A stretch of 64,000 nucleotides of DNA, taken from assembly GCA_965249575.1 (NCBI GenBank), contig OZ252244.1:1504001-1568000 (forward strand), given 5' to 3'. The DNA is from Gemmatimonadales bacterium (lineage in GTDB: Bacteria; Gemmatimonadota; Gemmatimonadetes; Gemmatimonadales; GWC2-71-9). A program made the position numbers and the translations under genes. This document shows, one piece after another, positions 27,482 to 36,944 of this stretch; within the stretch, counting starts at the first letter, position 1; the number at the start of each line of letters is the position of its first letter. The notes under the pieces were generated by a model that saw only the letters and a list, made by a program, of their open reading frames with translations, had not been told where the DNA came from and made no database searches.

Positions 27482-28783
27482 TCAGGCAGCGACCCGTTCG
27501 ACCTCCGCCGGCTCCTCCGTAGCCTGCTCGGGCCGCCAGCCCGCTTCCACCCGCGATACGTAGACGGCCGCGCTAAGATCGCCCGAGACGTTGAGCGTCG
27601 TACGACACATGTCGAGGATCCGATCCACGCCGAGAATGATGGCGATGCCCTCTGGCGGAATGCCGACCGTCGCGAGAATGACCATGATCAGGGGCAGGGA
27701 GCCTCCGGGAACCCCGGCGGCCCCGATCGCCGTGATCACCGAGAGAATGATCACGATCACTTGCTGCCCGAGATCGAGGTTCACGCCGAAGACCTGCGCG
27801 AGAAACAGTACGGTCACGCCCTCGTAGAGCGACGTACCGTTCATGTTCATGGTCGCGCCCAGCGGAAGTACGAAGCCGGCGATCTTCGGTGGGAGCTTCA
27901 ACTCCTTCTCAGCCACCGCGATGTTGGTGGGCAGCGTGGCCATGCTCGAGCTCGTGGAGAAGCCCGTGATCACGATGGCCCGTGCCTTCTTCCAGAACAC
28001 CAGCGGGTTCAACCGGCCAAAGACGCGCACCAGAATGGACAGCCCCACCGAGGCGTGAATGAACAAACCGATCACCACGATCGCTACGTAGGCAGAGAGC
28101 TGCTGGAGTATTTCCCAACCGAACCGTGATGTTACGACAAAGATCAGCCCGAACACGCCGTACGGCGCGATCTTCATGGCGAAATCGATGATCTTCACCA
28201 CGACTTCGCCCAGCGCCTCGACGACTTTGATGAGCGGCTCGGCCCGGTCCCTCGGGATCAGGGTGAGCGCAGCACCGAACACGATCGAGAAGAAGATGAC
28301 GCCGAGCATCTGCGACCCCGCAGCGGCGGCCACCGGATTCCGCGGCACGATGTCCAGGAACATGCCCACGCCGAACTCAGTGGTTCCAGAGGCCTGCACG
28401 CCTTCGGCTTGCCCGCGGAACGTCTCGAAGAGCTGCTGCCGCAGTACGGGATCGATCCCGGCACCAGGTTGAAACACGTTAACGAGGGTGAGGCCGAGGA
28501 CGGCGGAGATCACGGTGGACACCAGGAAGTACCCGAGTGCCCGCCCGCCGACTCGCCCGAGTTTAGTCAGGTCACCGAGCCCCGCGACGCCCAAAACGAT
28601 TGATGCGAACACCAATGGGATGACGGTCATGAGGAGCATGCGCAGGAAGACCTGACCGACGGGATAGGCGACGTTGTCGGCAAGCCAAAGGACCCACCCG
28701 GCGTCTGCGGCAAATGCATTCGCCGCGACCCCGCATACTGCCCCCAAACCGAGACCCAGCAGAATCTTGTTGTGTAGCTTCAA
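27482..28783 (-). CDS. Dicarboxylate/amino acid:cation symporter (GltP/DAACS)
   Basis: FSTSSSMATLP, LGATMNMNGT, GAAGVPG, GVDRILDMCRT. Confidence 0.95.
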   Translation of the reverse strand: MKLHNKILLGLGLGAVCGVAANAFAADAGWVLWLADNVAYPVGQVFLRMLLMTVIPLVFASIVLGVAGLGDLTKLGRVGGRALGYFLVSTVISAVLGLTLVNVFQPGAGIDPVLRQQLFETFRGQAEGVQASGTTEFGVGMFLDIVPRNPVAAAAGSQMLGVIFFSIVFGAALTLIPRDRAEPLIKVVEALGEVVVKIIDFAMKIAPYGVFGLIFVVTSRFGWEILQQLSAYVAIVVIGLFIHASVGLSILVRVFGRLNPLVFWKKARAIVITGFSTSSSMATLPTNIAVAEKELKLPPKIAGFVLPLGATMNMNGTSLYEGVTVLFLAQVFGVNLDLGQQVIVIILSVITAIGAAGVPGGSLPLIMVILATVGIPPEGIAIILGVDRILDMCRTTLNVSGDLSAAVYVSRVEAGWRPEQATEEPAEVERVAA

Positions 28784-28852
28784 GCGTCCTCCCCGTCATG
28801 CGAGCGCATCAATCTATGCCGCAGATGCCGGCCGTCCAGCTATCTCTACCCC

Positions 28853-30841
28853 CTATACCCCCACTTTCCTCGCTTCTCCCGTCAATACCCGGTAAAGGGC
28901 AAACATCACGACGATGAGCAGGACCACACCCGGCAGCGTCCCGCTGTGCGTTCCCCACAGCGCGAGCGGATCGGAGCGGCCCGCCACGACGATGGGCACA
29001 GCCAGCAGAATCCCCAGAATCGCCTCGCCGGTTATCAGTCCGGCCGCAAACAACAGGCCGTGGCGCTCGCCCGAAGCGCGTGCTTCCGCCACCCGCGGAT
29101 CGGAGCGATGTCGAGTCGCCACGCCGGCGAAGTAGCGGTTGCCCGCCCATGCGATGATCCCGCCCAGGAAGATCGCGACGGAGAGCTCGAGTGGAAGGTA
29201 GATTCCCACGGCCACCGCGAGCACCGGTGTTCGGAAGCTGCTTCCCGCTTTCTCGAGCGTCACGTCGAGCGCGATAATCGCGGCCGCGACGATCATACCG
29301 ATGATCACCATCGTCCACGGCAGGCCCTCCCCGAACACTCCACCCGCCACCGCCGCCATGAGGGTCGCCTGGGGAGCGCGCAGCGGATCAGGGTGGGCGG
29401 CGGTGGACACGCCAATACCGTACGCCTTGAGAAGCAGGGTGAGGACCGGCGCCATCACGAACGCAGCCGTCAATACGCCCACGGCTTGCATGATCTGCTG
29501 GCGCATCGGTGTCGCCCCAACGATCCGGCCAGCCTTGAGATCCTGCATGTTGTCACCCGCGATCGCGGCGGCGCACGCCACGACCGCGCCAATCATTATG
29601 GCGGCGGCGGGCCCGACGGTGCTCTGAGTCCCGAGGAATGCGAGGAGCAGGAGTGCCGACACGAGAATGGTCGCGATCGTGACCCCCGAAATCGGATTGT
29701 TCGACGAGCCCACCAGGCCCGCCATGTACCCCGCGACCGCAGAGAAGAGAAACCCGGCGATCAACATGATCACGGCCATCGCTGCGGCGACGCCGAAATT
29801 GCCGGTGGCGAAGTGAAACACCGCGAATAGCGGGAAGGCGGCGACTGCGAGCGCGATGCCCACCCACTGCATCGGGGTGTCCCGCTCGGTTCGGCTGGTG
29901 GCGCCCGTCCCCGCACGCACGCGGCGGTATGCTTCGATGCCGGACCGGATGCCGTCAATCAGGCTGCGCCGGACGCTCAGGAGCGCCCACACTCCGCCCA
30001 CCACCATGGCCCCGACGCCGAGGTATCGGGTTTGGGTCGACCACATCTGATTCGCCGCGTCGACGGCCGAGCTGCCCTCCGGCACGCCAATTACCGCCGC
30101 CGCGATGGGAATCGCGACGAACCAGTTGATGGCGCCTCCGAGGAACACCAGCGTGGCGATGTTGAGTCCGACGATGTAGCCAACGCCTACGAGCGCCGGC
30201 GACAGATTCGTTCCGAAGTACACGATGGAGCCCCCGACGAACCGCGCCTGCTCGAACACCGCCCCCCAAAGCCGAAACCCCGTCTCGCCGATCTTGAAGA
30301 GCGCACCGATGAGCCCCGCCGTCACCAGGTATTTGATGCCGGCGCCGCCCTGGTCGCCGACCTTCAAGACTTCGGCCGTGGCAACGCCCTCGGGAAACCG
30401 GAGTGGGTTCTCCACGATGAGCGCGCGGCGTAACGGGATGGTGAACAACACCCCAAGCAGTCCACCCAGCGCGGCAATGATCGTGACCTGCCAGTAATTG
30501 AAGTCCGTCCACGCACCGAGGATGATCAGCCCTGGGATTGTGAAGATGACGCCGGCCGCCAGACTCTCCCCGGCGGACGCGGCGGTTTGGACGATGTTGT
30601 TCTCGAGTATGTTCGAGTTACGGAGCAGTTTGAGCACCGCCATCGAGATGACGGCTGCCGGGATGGACGCCGAAACCGTGATGCCCGCAAACAGTCCGAG
30701 GTACGCGTTCGCGCCCGCCAGGAGCACCGACAAGACCACCCCGAGCAACAGCGCACGGACGGTGATTTCGGGAAGGCTTACGGACGCGCTGACGTAGGGT
30801 TCGTCTGGCGCTTGTTGGCCCGTTGGCTCCGGTGGAGGCAT
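28853..30841 (-). CDS. OPT-family oligopeptide transporter
   Basis: ANAYLGLFAG, LENNIVQT, FPEGVA, GSSNNPISG, DNMQDLKAG, APQATLM. Confidence 0.95.
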   Translation of the reverse strand: MPPPEPTGQQAPDEPYVSASVSLPEITVRALLLGVVLSVLLAGANAYLGLFAGITVSASIPAAVISMAVLKLLRNSNILENNIVQTAASAGESLAAGVIFTIPGLIILGAWTDFNYWQVTIIAALGGLLGVLFTIPLRRALIVENPLRFPEGVATAEVLKVGDQGGAGIKYLVTAGLIGALFKIGETGFRLWGAVFEQARFVGGSIVYFGTNLSPALVGVGYIVGLNIATLVFLGGAINWFVAIPIAAAVIGVPEGSSAVDAANQMWSTQTRYLGVGAMVVGGVWALLSVRRSLIDGIRSGIEAYRRVRAGTGATSRTERDTPMQWVGIALAVAAFPLFAVFHFATGNFGVAAAMAVIMLIAGFLFSAVAGYMAGLVGSSNNPISGVTIATILVSALLLLAFLGTQSTVGPAAAIMIGAVVACAAAIAGDNMQDLKAGRIVGATPMRQQIMQAVGVLTAAFVMAPVLTLLLKAYGIGVSTAAHPDPLRAPQATLMAAVAGGVFGEGLPWTMVIIGMIVAAAIIALDVTLEKAGSSFRTPVLAVAVGIYLPLELSVAIFLGGIIAWAGNRYFAGVATRHRSDPRVAEARASGERHGLLFAAGLITGEAILGILLAVPIVVAGRSDPLALWGTHSGTLPGVVLLIVVMFALYRVLTGEARKVGV

Positions 30842-30986
30842 CGCAGTCCGCCGTTGAGATCGGTGAGTCGAGTCGATCGGCGAGGTGGTGTGCGCTGGCG
30901 CTCAAAGGTTCGCCGGGGACGCCGATTCCGCAAGGTGATCCGGGGCGTCTCATCGCGGCGACGACGGATTGCGTATTTTGACGGCG

Positions 30987-31496
30987 ATGCATGCTGAGGT
31001 GCGCACCTACTACCTCAAGCTCACGACGCGCGAGCACCTCCGCCGAGGAGGGCCTGGCCCATTGGCCGTCTCTCAAGCGGAGCCACCCGATCCGGCGCTC
31101 AACAAGCGGTTCTACGAAGAAATCGGCCGCGAGTGGCAATGGGTGGACCGGCTGCCTTGGTCCGGACCCCAGTGGCGGGACTACGTCAACCGGCCGGAGG
31201 TCCAGACATGGGTCGCGACGGTGAATGACGCCGCGGCCGGATACTTCGAGCTGGAGCGCCAGGCCTCGGACGACGTGGAGATCAAATTCTTCGGGCTCCT
31301 CGCGGAGTACCGGGGACGTGGTCTGGGCGGCACCCTCCTCGACCACGCCGTCCGGCACGCCTGGGCGATGGGAGCGTCGCGTGTAGTCGTGAATACATGT
31401 TCCCTGGATCACCCGGACGCCTTGAGCAACTATCTGTCGCGCGGGTTTCGCGTCTACAAAGAGGAAACCCGGCGTGTGGATTCGCGAGCGGACTGA
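30987..31496 (+). CDS. GNAT N-acetyltransferase
   Basis: AGYFEL, FFGL..EYRGRGLG, TCSLDHPDALSNY..RGF. Confidence 0.9.
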   Translation: MHAEVRTYYLKLTTREHLRRGGPGPLAVSQAEPPDPALNKRFYEEIGREWQWVDRLPWSGPQWRDYVNRPEVQTWVATVNDAAAGYFELERQASDDVEIKFFGLLAEYRGRGLGGTLLDHAVRHAWAMGASRVVVNTCSLDHPDALSNYLSRGFRVYKEETRRVDSRAD

Positions 31497-31606
31497 GAGT
31501 TCGATGCGTTCGCACCCAAGGCTCAACGAAACCGCCCCCCAGTCCGATACTCCCTGAGGACTATGCGAGACGACGTGATCCCCACGCGCGACAGCCCCAG
31601 CGACCG

Positions 31607-32470
31607 ATGACTCCGTCGGCCGTGTTCGTAACGTTCGTCATCGCGATCGTCGTTGCGACGAGCGTGCAACTCGTATCGGTGTGGTTCAGGGGACGAACGC
31701 CCAGGGCCAAGTCCGAGTCTCAAATGCCAAAGGCCACGGCCGAATTCGACGTCGAGTACGCTGCGATAAACGTCCCGAGCGACATCAGCCAGGCTTGGGT
31801 GCAGTTCATGCGGGACGACGTCGCCCGCTCGGTGAACGCCTTCAACAACCGCCTTAACGCTATTCTCGCGTCGACCCGGGAGTTGCAGAGCATCTCGTCG
31901 GGGCCGCGAAGCGCCGTCGAAATCCAGCGGATTCAGGACGAAGTCAAGCGAGCCGTGAACATTACGTCGCGGCTCCTTCGCCGCGCCGACGCGATGGCAC
32001 CCGAGACCGTGCCCGGTATCCTGGAGCCGTTCGTGGAGCCCCCCGAACGAGCGGCCCACATCGTCGTCGTTGACGACGACAGCGCGAACCGTCGCGCGGT
32101 AGCCCGCCTACTTCAGCACTTCGGGCACCTGGTGACCCCGTGCTCGAACGGGGTCGAGGCATTCGAGGTCATTCGGTCGGGACCGGTGGACTGCATCGTG
32201 AGCGACCTCAACATGCCGACCCTCGGGGGCAAGAGCTTGTACGAGCAGCTGGAAGAGGAGCTTCCGAACGTCGCGGCGCAGTTCGTGTTCGTTACCGGCG
32301 ACTACACCCGCCCTGCGTCCCGCGAGTTTCTCGAGAAGTCCGGTCAGCCCGTGGTGGCGAAGCCATACGATGTCGGCGAGCTGTTGTCAGCGGTGGCGAT
32401 GGTGCTCCGCCGGGTCGGGGCCATGGCGCCCGGCAGGGACGTCGGGGAGAAGGAGCCGGAGGTCGCGTAA
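31607..32470 (+). CDS. Membrane-anchored degenerate DHp + receiver-domain protein (no HATPase domain)
   Basis: N-terminal TM; ARSVNAFNNRLNAI; REC VVDDD, SDLNMP, VTGD, KP. Confidence 0.8.
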   Translation: MTPSAVFVTFVIAIVVATSVQLVSVWFRGRTPRAKSESQMPKATAEFDVEYAAINVPSDISQAWVQFMRDDVARSVNAFNNRLNAILASTRELQSISSGPRSAVEIQRIQDEVKRAVNITSRLLRRADAMAPETVPGILEPFVEPPERAAHIVVVDDDSANRRAVARLLQHFGHLVTPCSNGVEAFEVIRSGPVDCIVSDLNMPTLGGKSLYEQLEEELPNVAAQFVFVTGDYTRPASREFLEKSGQPVVAKPYDVGELLSAVAMVLRRVGAMAPGRDVGEKEPEVA

Positions 32471-32471
32471 C

Positions 32472-35170
32472 CTAGAGCACGGGCAACCAGTACGACAGCT
32501 TGAGCGCAACGAAGTTGTCTCCCGCCGCCGTCAGCGCATTGACTAGGTCTCCAGGCCGCACCAGGTCGGCCGGCCCGGCATCATCTCGCCGGTCCTGCTG
32601 CCAGACGATGAACAGCGTCGAGCCCCGGACCCACTCCCACCTCAGCACCATGTTGCTGCGGAACGAGCGGACGCTGAAGTCGGGTTGGCGAGCCGGAACG
32701 ACTCGGCGCCGTCAGTCACCTCGACGGAGTCCCCTGCGACCCGGGAGATCCCGGTGCCGTCGGTTCCGTACAGGGGGAGCTGGCTGGTGCGGGGGGCGGC
32801 CAGCTCACCGAAGTCGTAAAACCTCCCGCTCGCCGCGAACGGCTCGGCGTAGACCTCGAGACTCAGATCGGGAGTTAGCGAGTAGCTCAGCCGGAACCTG
32901 GCCGCCAGTTCGCTCCGCTCGACAAACGCAAAGACGTAACGGCTACCGAACGTCGCGGCCCCCGCACGGCTCATGGCGGTGAGGTATTGCCTCGACTCCA
33001 CTAGCCGGCTGTAGCTCGGATCGACGGACACGGTGAACCGTGCGGACGGCTGGAGTGACAGACCGGTTCCAACCTCGGAACTCCAGGTGCCGGTTCGATT
33101 GTTGTAGTATGTCGCGTCAGCGCGAAAACGCGTTTTCGCATTGCTGTTGGTCGCGAGGCCACCGCTCACTTGCCACGCACCGCCCGTCTTCATCAGCGGA
33201 CCGCCCCGTGTCAGGTTGTCGGCCAGAGCGCTCGCGCTGAAACCGACACTTGCGGTAGTCGCGAGGAAGTTCAGCCATGTGGTCCGCGCCTCGAGTGAGA
33301 GCCGCGAGAACTGGCGGGTGCCGCCGAAATTCCACCCGCTCCGCACCCCGAGGCTGACGGCGTAAAACCGAAACAGGGGTCCCGGCCTGGGGTTGAAGTA
33401 GCGGATGTCCGCGAAGGCGTCGATGTCGTCCGACTGCAACTGACGGCCCAAGTCGCTGAGCTCGAAGCCCGGCGATTCGAAGGTGATGCCCCCAGACAGT
33501 CGCCAGGGCGGGCCTGCACTTCGCCGTACCCGGAGACCCATGGTATAGCCCGTGAGCGACGTGCGCGTCGAGTCCAACCGGACGTGGCCTGCGTCGGGGC
33601 GCTGGTAGTAATGCGCGCTCGCACGCTGGACCTCGAGAATGGCGGCGGGATCGCCTTCGACCAGGCTGAACCCCGTGTGTCCTCCCAGCTCGTGGCGACT
33701 ACCGACGAGCTTGAGGTTCCAGTCCATCGCACCAGCGTACGCCTGCCGGGGCAGAATCGAGCCGAGCGAGGAGCCGGATGTGAAATCGCGCCTCACGCCG
33801 GTTACGATGAGCCCGGCTGTGGAGACGGAGGGACCGAGCTCCTGCTCCAACCGCAGTACACCGTAGCCCGTCACCGGCGCCACTTCGGTCATACCGTAGG
33901 CCCCGGCCAGGGTGTCGAGCGTCCGAGCGTGCTCGCGGCGGGTCAGCGCGGAGAGGGCGGCCACCGACAGTCCGGATCGGAGCCGGCCGGTGATCTTCGC
34001 CGCACCCAAGATGGTGGAGTTCTTGGGCTGATCGATGAAGTGACCGGATGCACTCCCCGGTGGCGCCGCCCCTATTCGTCTGGAGTAGAAATATCCCTGG
34101 CCCCCGCCCTCGCGCAGCGCCGCGCCTTCTCGAAAAAACGGGCGGCGCTCCGGGAAGAACGTTTCGAACGCCGAGAGGTTGACCTCCGCGGGGTCCGCCT
34201 CGACCTGCCCGAAATCCGGCGTGACCGTCGCCTCGAGCGTGCCGTTCGGCCCGAGGCCCACTTTCATGTCGAGTCCAACCCTCGTCTCCATGTCGCTACC
34301 GTCGTCGAACGGGTCTCCGAGGGCCGGATCGGCGGTAAAGGTTCCAGCCCCGGCAACGAAAGGCGTGAGCTCCAGCCGGCGCGACTGCCGCACGCCTTCG
34401 ATCCCAACCAGGCGCCGAAAATTCGACGCCCACCGTGTCGGCCGCGGCATCGTGAGGTAGTCCAATTCGTTACGGGCCGGTACGTAACGGCTGACGTTCA
34501 CACCCCATGTCTGTACGTCCACCTGATTGAACCGAAGCTGGGAGAACGGAATGCGCATCTCCGCCGTCCATCCGAGTGAGTCCACGGTGACCTCGACCTC
34601 CCAAACCGGATCGAAAGACGGGTCGCTGTCGCTCTCGCTGTCGTGAGGGTGGTACCAGTCCAGCCTCACGCCGGCTGCCGTGACGCCGAAACTGAACGAC
34701 GTCCGGCGGTCGTGGTAGGTATCGAATGTGACGATGAGGCGGTCGCCGTTGCCGGGCTCGTCGCGGCGGGACATGAGCCGATTGATGGTCTCCGGACGGT
34801 CCGCGTACATCCGGCCGCCCACGTAGACGGCCTGATCGTCGTAGACGAATGCGATCTCCGTGAGCTGAGTGGCGGGCGCGTTCCTCACCGGCGAGCGCTG
34901 AATCAAATCGGAAACCCGTGGCACGCTCGACCAGCATGCTTCGGTCAGACGCCCATCGAGACGCAGGTCCTCGGCGATTCGGACGGCCCGAATCTCCTCG
35001 CTGGCCGGTGAGGACGGCCTGCCGCCGGGTCCGCCGTGATCGGACTGGGCGAAGGAGACACCGACGACCATCCAGGTCCCCGCGAGGCCAAGTGATGCCG
35101 CACGCCGAAGGCACTGACCAACTGGCCGGCGTCCGGCAGGCCCGGAGTGGCCGAGCACACGGAAGCTCAT
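32472..35170 (-). CDS. CBM9-like + DUF5916-type outer-membrane protein (paralog 1), -1 frameshift at ~32682
   Basis: LDGRL.E..W, WTAEMRIPFSQLRF, PDFGQVEADPAEVNLSAFETFFPERRPFF. Adding one C restores ANPDFSVRSFRSNMVLRWEW...KLSYWLPVL*. Confidence 0.85.
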
Positions 35171-35306
35171 CGAGCAATTCTAACGGGCGGGAAGGGTTGG
35201 GGTGTGGTGTAGGCGAGGGGCGGGGGAAAGGGGTTGGGGATACCTCGTCCGAAGCGGAACGCTAGCTTGCGGGTGTGGCGTTACATCGCCCGTAAGGAGG
35301 CAGTTG

Positions 35307-36814
35307 GTGGCTCGCGTTCCCGCCTATCCCGTGCACGAACCCGTCCCCGTCTGCACGCCGGGCTCACCTGTGGATTTCGCGGAGCCCGCCGTTGGGAGCG
35401 TCCAGGATCAATTCGGGAGCCTCGGCAGCGTCGGCAATTACTTGGCGGCATGGCCTGGACAGGCGATTCGCTCCTACCGATACGCCGACGTCGACGCCGA
35501 AAACAACCACGGGTACCAAAATCACTTCCAGGGATTCGAACGCCTCCGAACCGGAAACCATGCAGTAGTCTCCGGCGGCGATCCCTACGAGCCCGCGTCG
35601 CACCTCTTCGTGGTGCGGATGGACTCACGGCTCGGCGATGGAGGATGGGGCTCGAACGTGCTCCGGGCTCCGGAACCCCCGCTGCAGGACCGCATCGTCC
35701 GGACGATCGACATCGATCCGACATTCTGGCATGCGGGCGGGATGAACACCCTGGGCGACGTGCTCGCCGTACCGCTGGAGAACTCGGGCGCCGGGCAATC
35801 GCAAGTGGTGTTCTACAACATGCGCGAGCCCGCCCAGCCGAGCGTGTTCGCGCACCGCATCGTCCGCGAGGCATCCAAGGCGGGGGCCGTCGCGCTCACG
35901 AGGCTGCCATCCCGGCGATTCCTCGCGGCGGTCTGGACCGATTCCGATCCCGTTGAGCCGCGGAAACATCTCGACCTCTACGTCTCGCACAGCAGCGATT
36001 TCGTCGACGGATTCCAAAGCCCACCGACGGTTTGCGTCGAAGAGGTCGCCGCACTGGGCAAGTACCAGACACTAGCGTTCGTCTGGCAGGAAGACGGCGA
36101 GCTCTACCTCATTGGCTTCGAGAACTCAGCCGCCCTGGCCCCGCTTCAGCCGGGCATCGACTCGGCTCAGCTGTTTCGCCTGGGGTTCCCCGAGGTATTC
36201 CTTTCCAGTGACACGTCCCAAAACGTTCCGAAGCCGACCATCGAAGCAGTGGGGCGCCGCGAGTTTTCATGCCCCGACCGGCAGTGCAACATGGACGGAG
36301 CGACCGGCCTCTTCATGGGACCGGCGGCCGGCTCACCATCTACTCGGCCTTTCACTACCTGCATCGCACGAGGTTCTGGAGCTTCCCCTGCAAGCTCGTC
36401 CTCAAGTTCAACGAGTTCCGGCCCACCAGTGGCTCCGGTCTGCCCACGGTCCATCAGATCGAGAATGCGTGGATCGAGCTGTTCGACCAGCCACACTTCC
36501 ACGGCAGGCACCTCAGCATCGTCGGCCCGGCCGACGCCCGGATCGAGAATTACGGGAAGATCCGGGTGCAGGGCGCGAAGTTCGGACGGAGAGTGTCCTC
36601 GGTTCGCTTTCAGATTCCCGAAGGATTCACGTACGTCTTGCACAGAAGAAAACACTTTCGCGGTGACGCACCCGTCGTGCTCGCGGGCACGGGCGGAGTC
36701 GTGCGCATCCCGAATCTCGCCGCAGTCGGCTTTGACGACCTCACCCGGTCGTCTCGGTACGAGACACCGTTCATCGCGCGATCGAGGGCCAACGCTACCA
36801 TCGTCGAGGCTTGA
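35307..36814 (+). CDS. Hypothetical protein: propeller-like N-domain + C-terminal beta/gamma-crystallin domain; frameshift at ~36318
   Basis: AAGGAGG RBS; NHFQG, WHAGG, AGAVALT, YQTL; second ORF WIELFDQPHFHG...VSSVRF...HFRG...FDDLTRSSRY. Confidence 0.7.
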
Positions 36815-36944
36815 AAGTCGGTAAAGCTCCTTTCCCATCCCGCGGGGGCCGGTTTTTGCCGAGATGGCAACCTCTCGACAGATTACGTAGCACCTGTGTA
36901 CGCCCGCGCAAGCGGGCTTCGACTTGAGGGGTGGGAATACGTCC

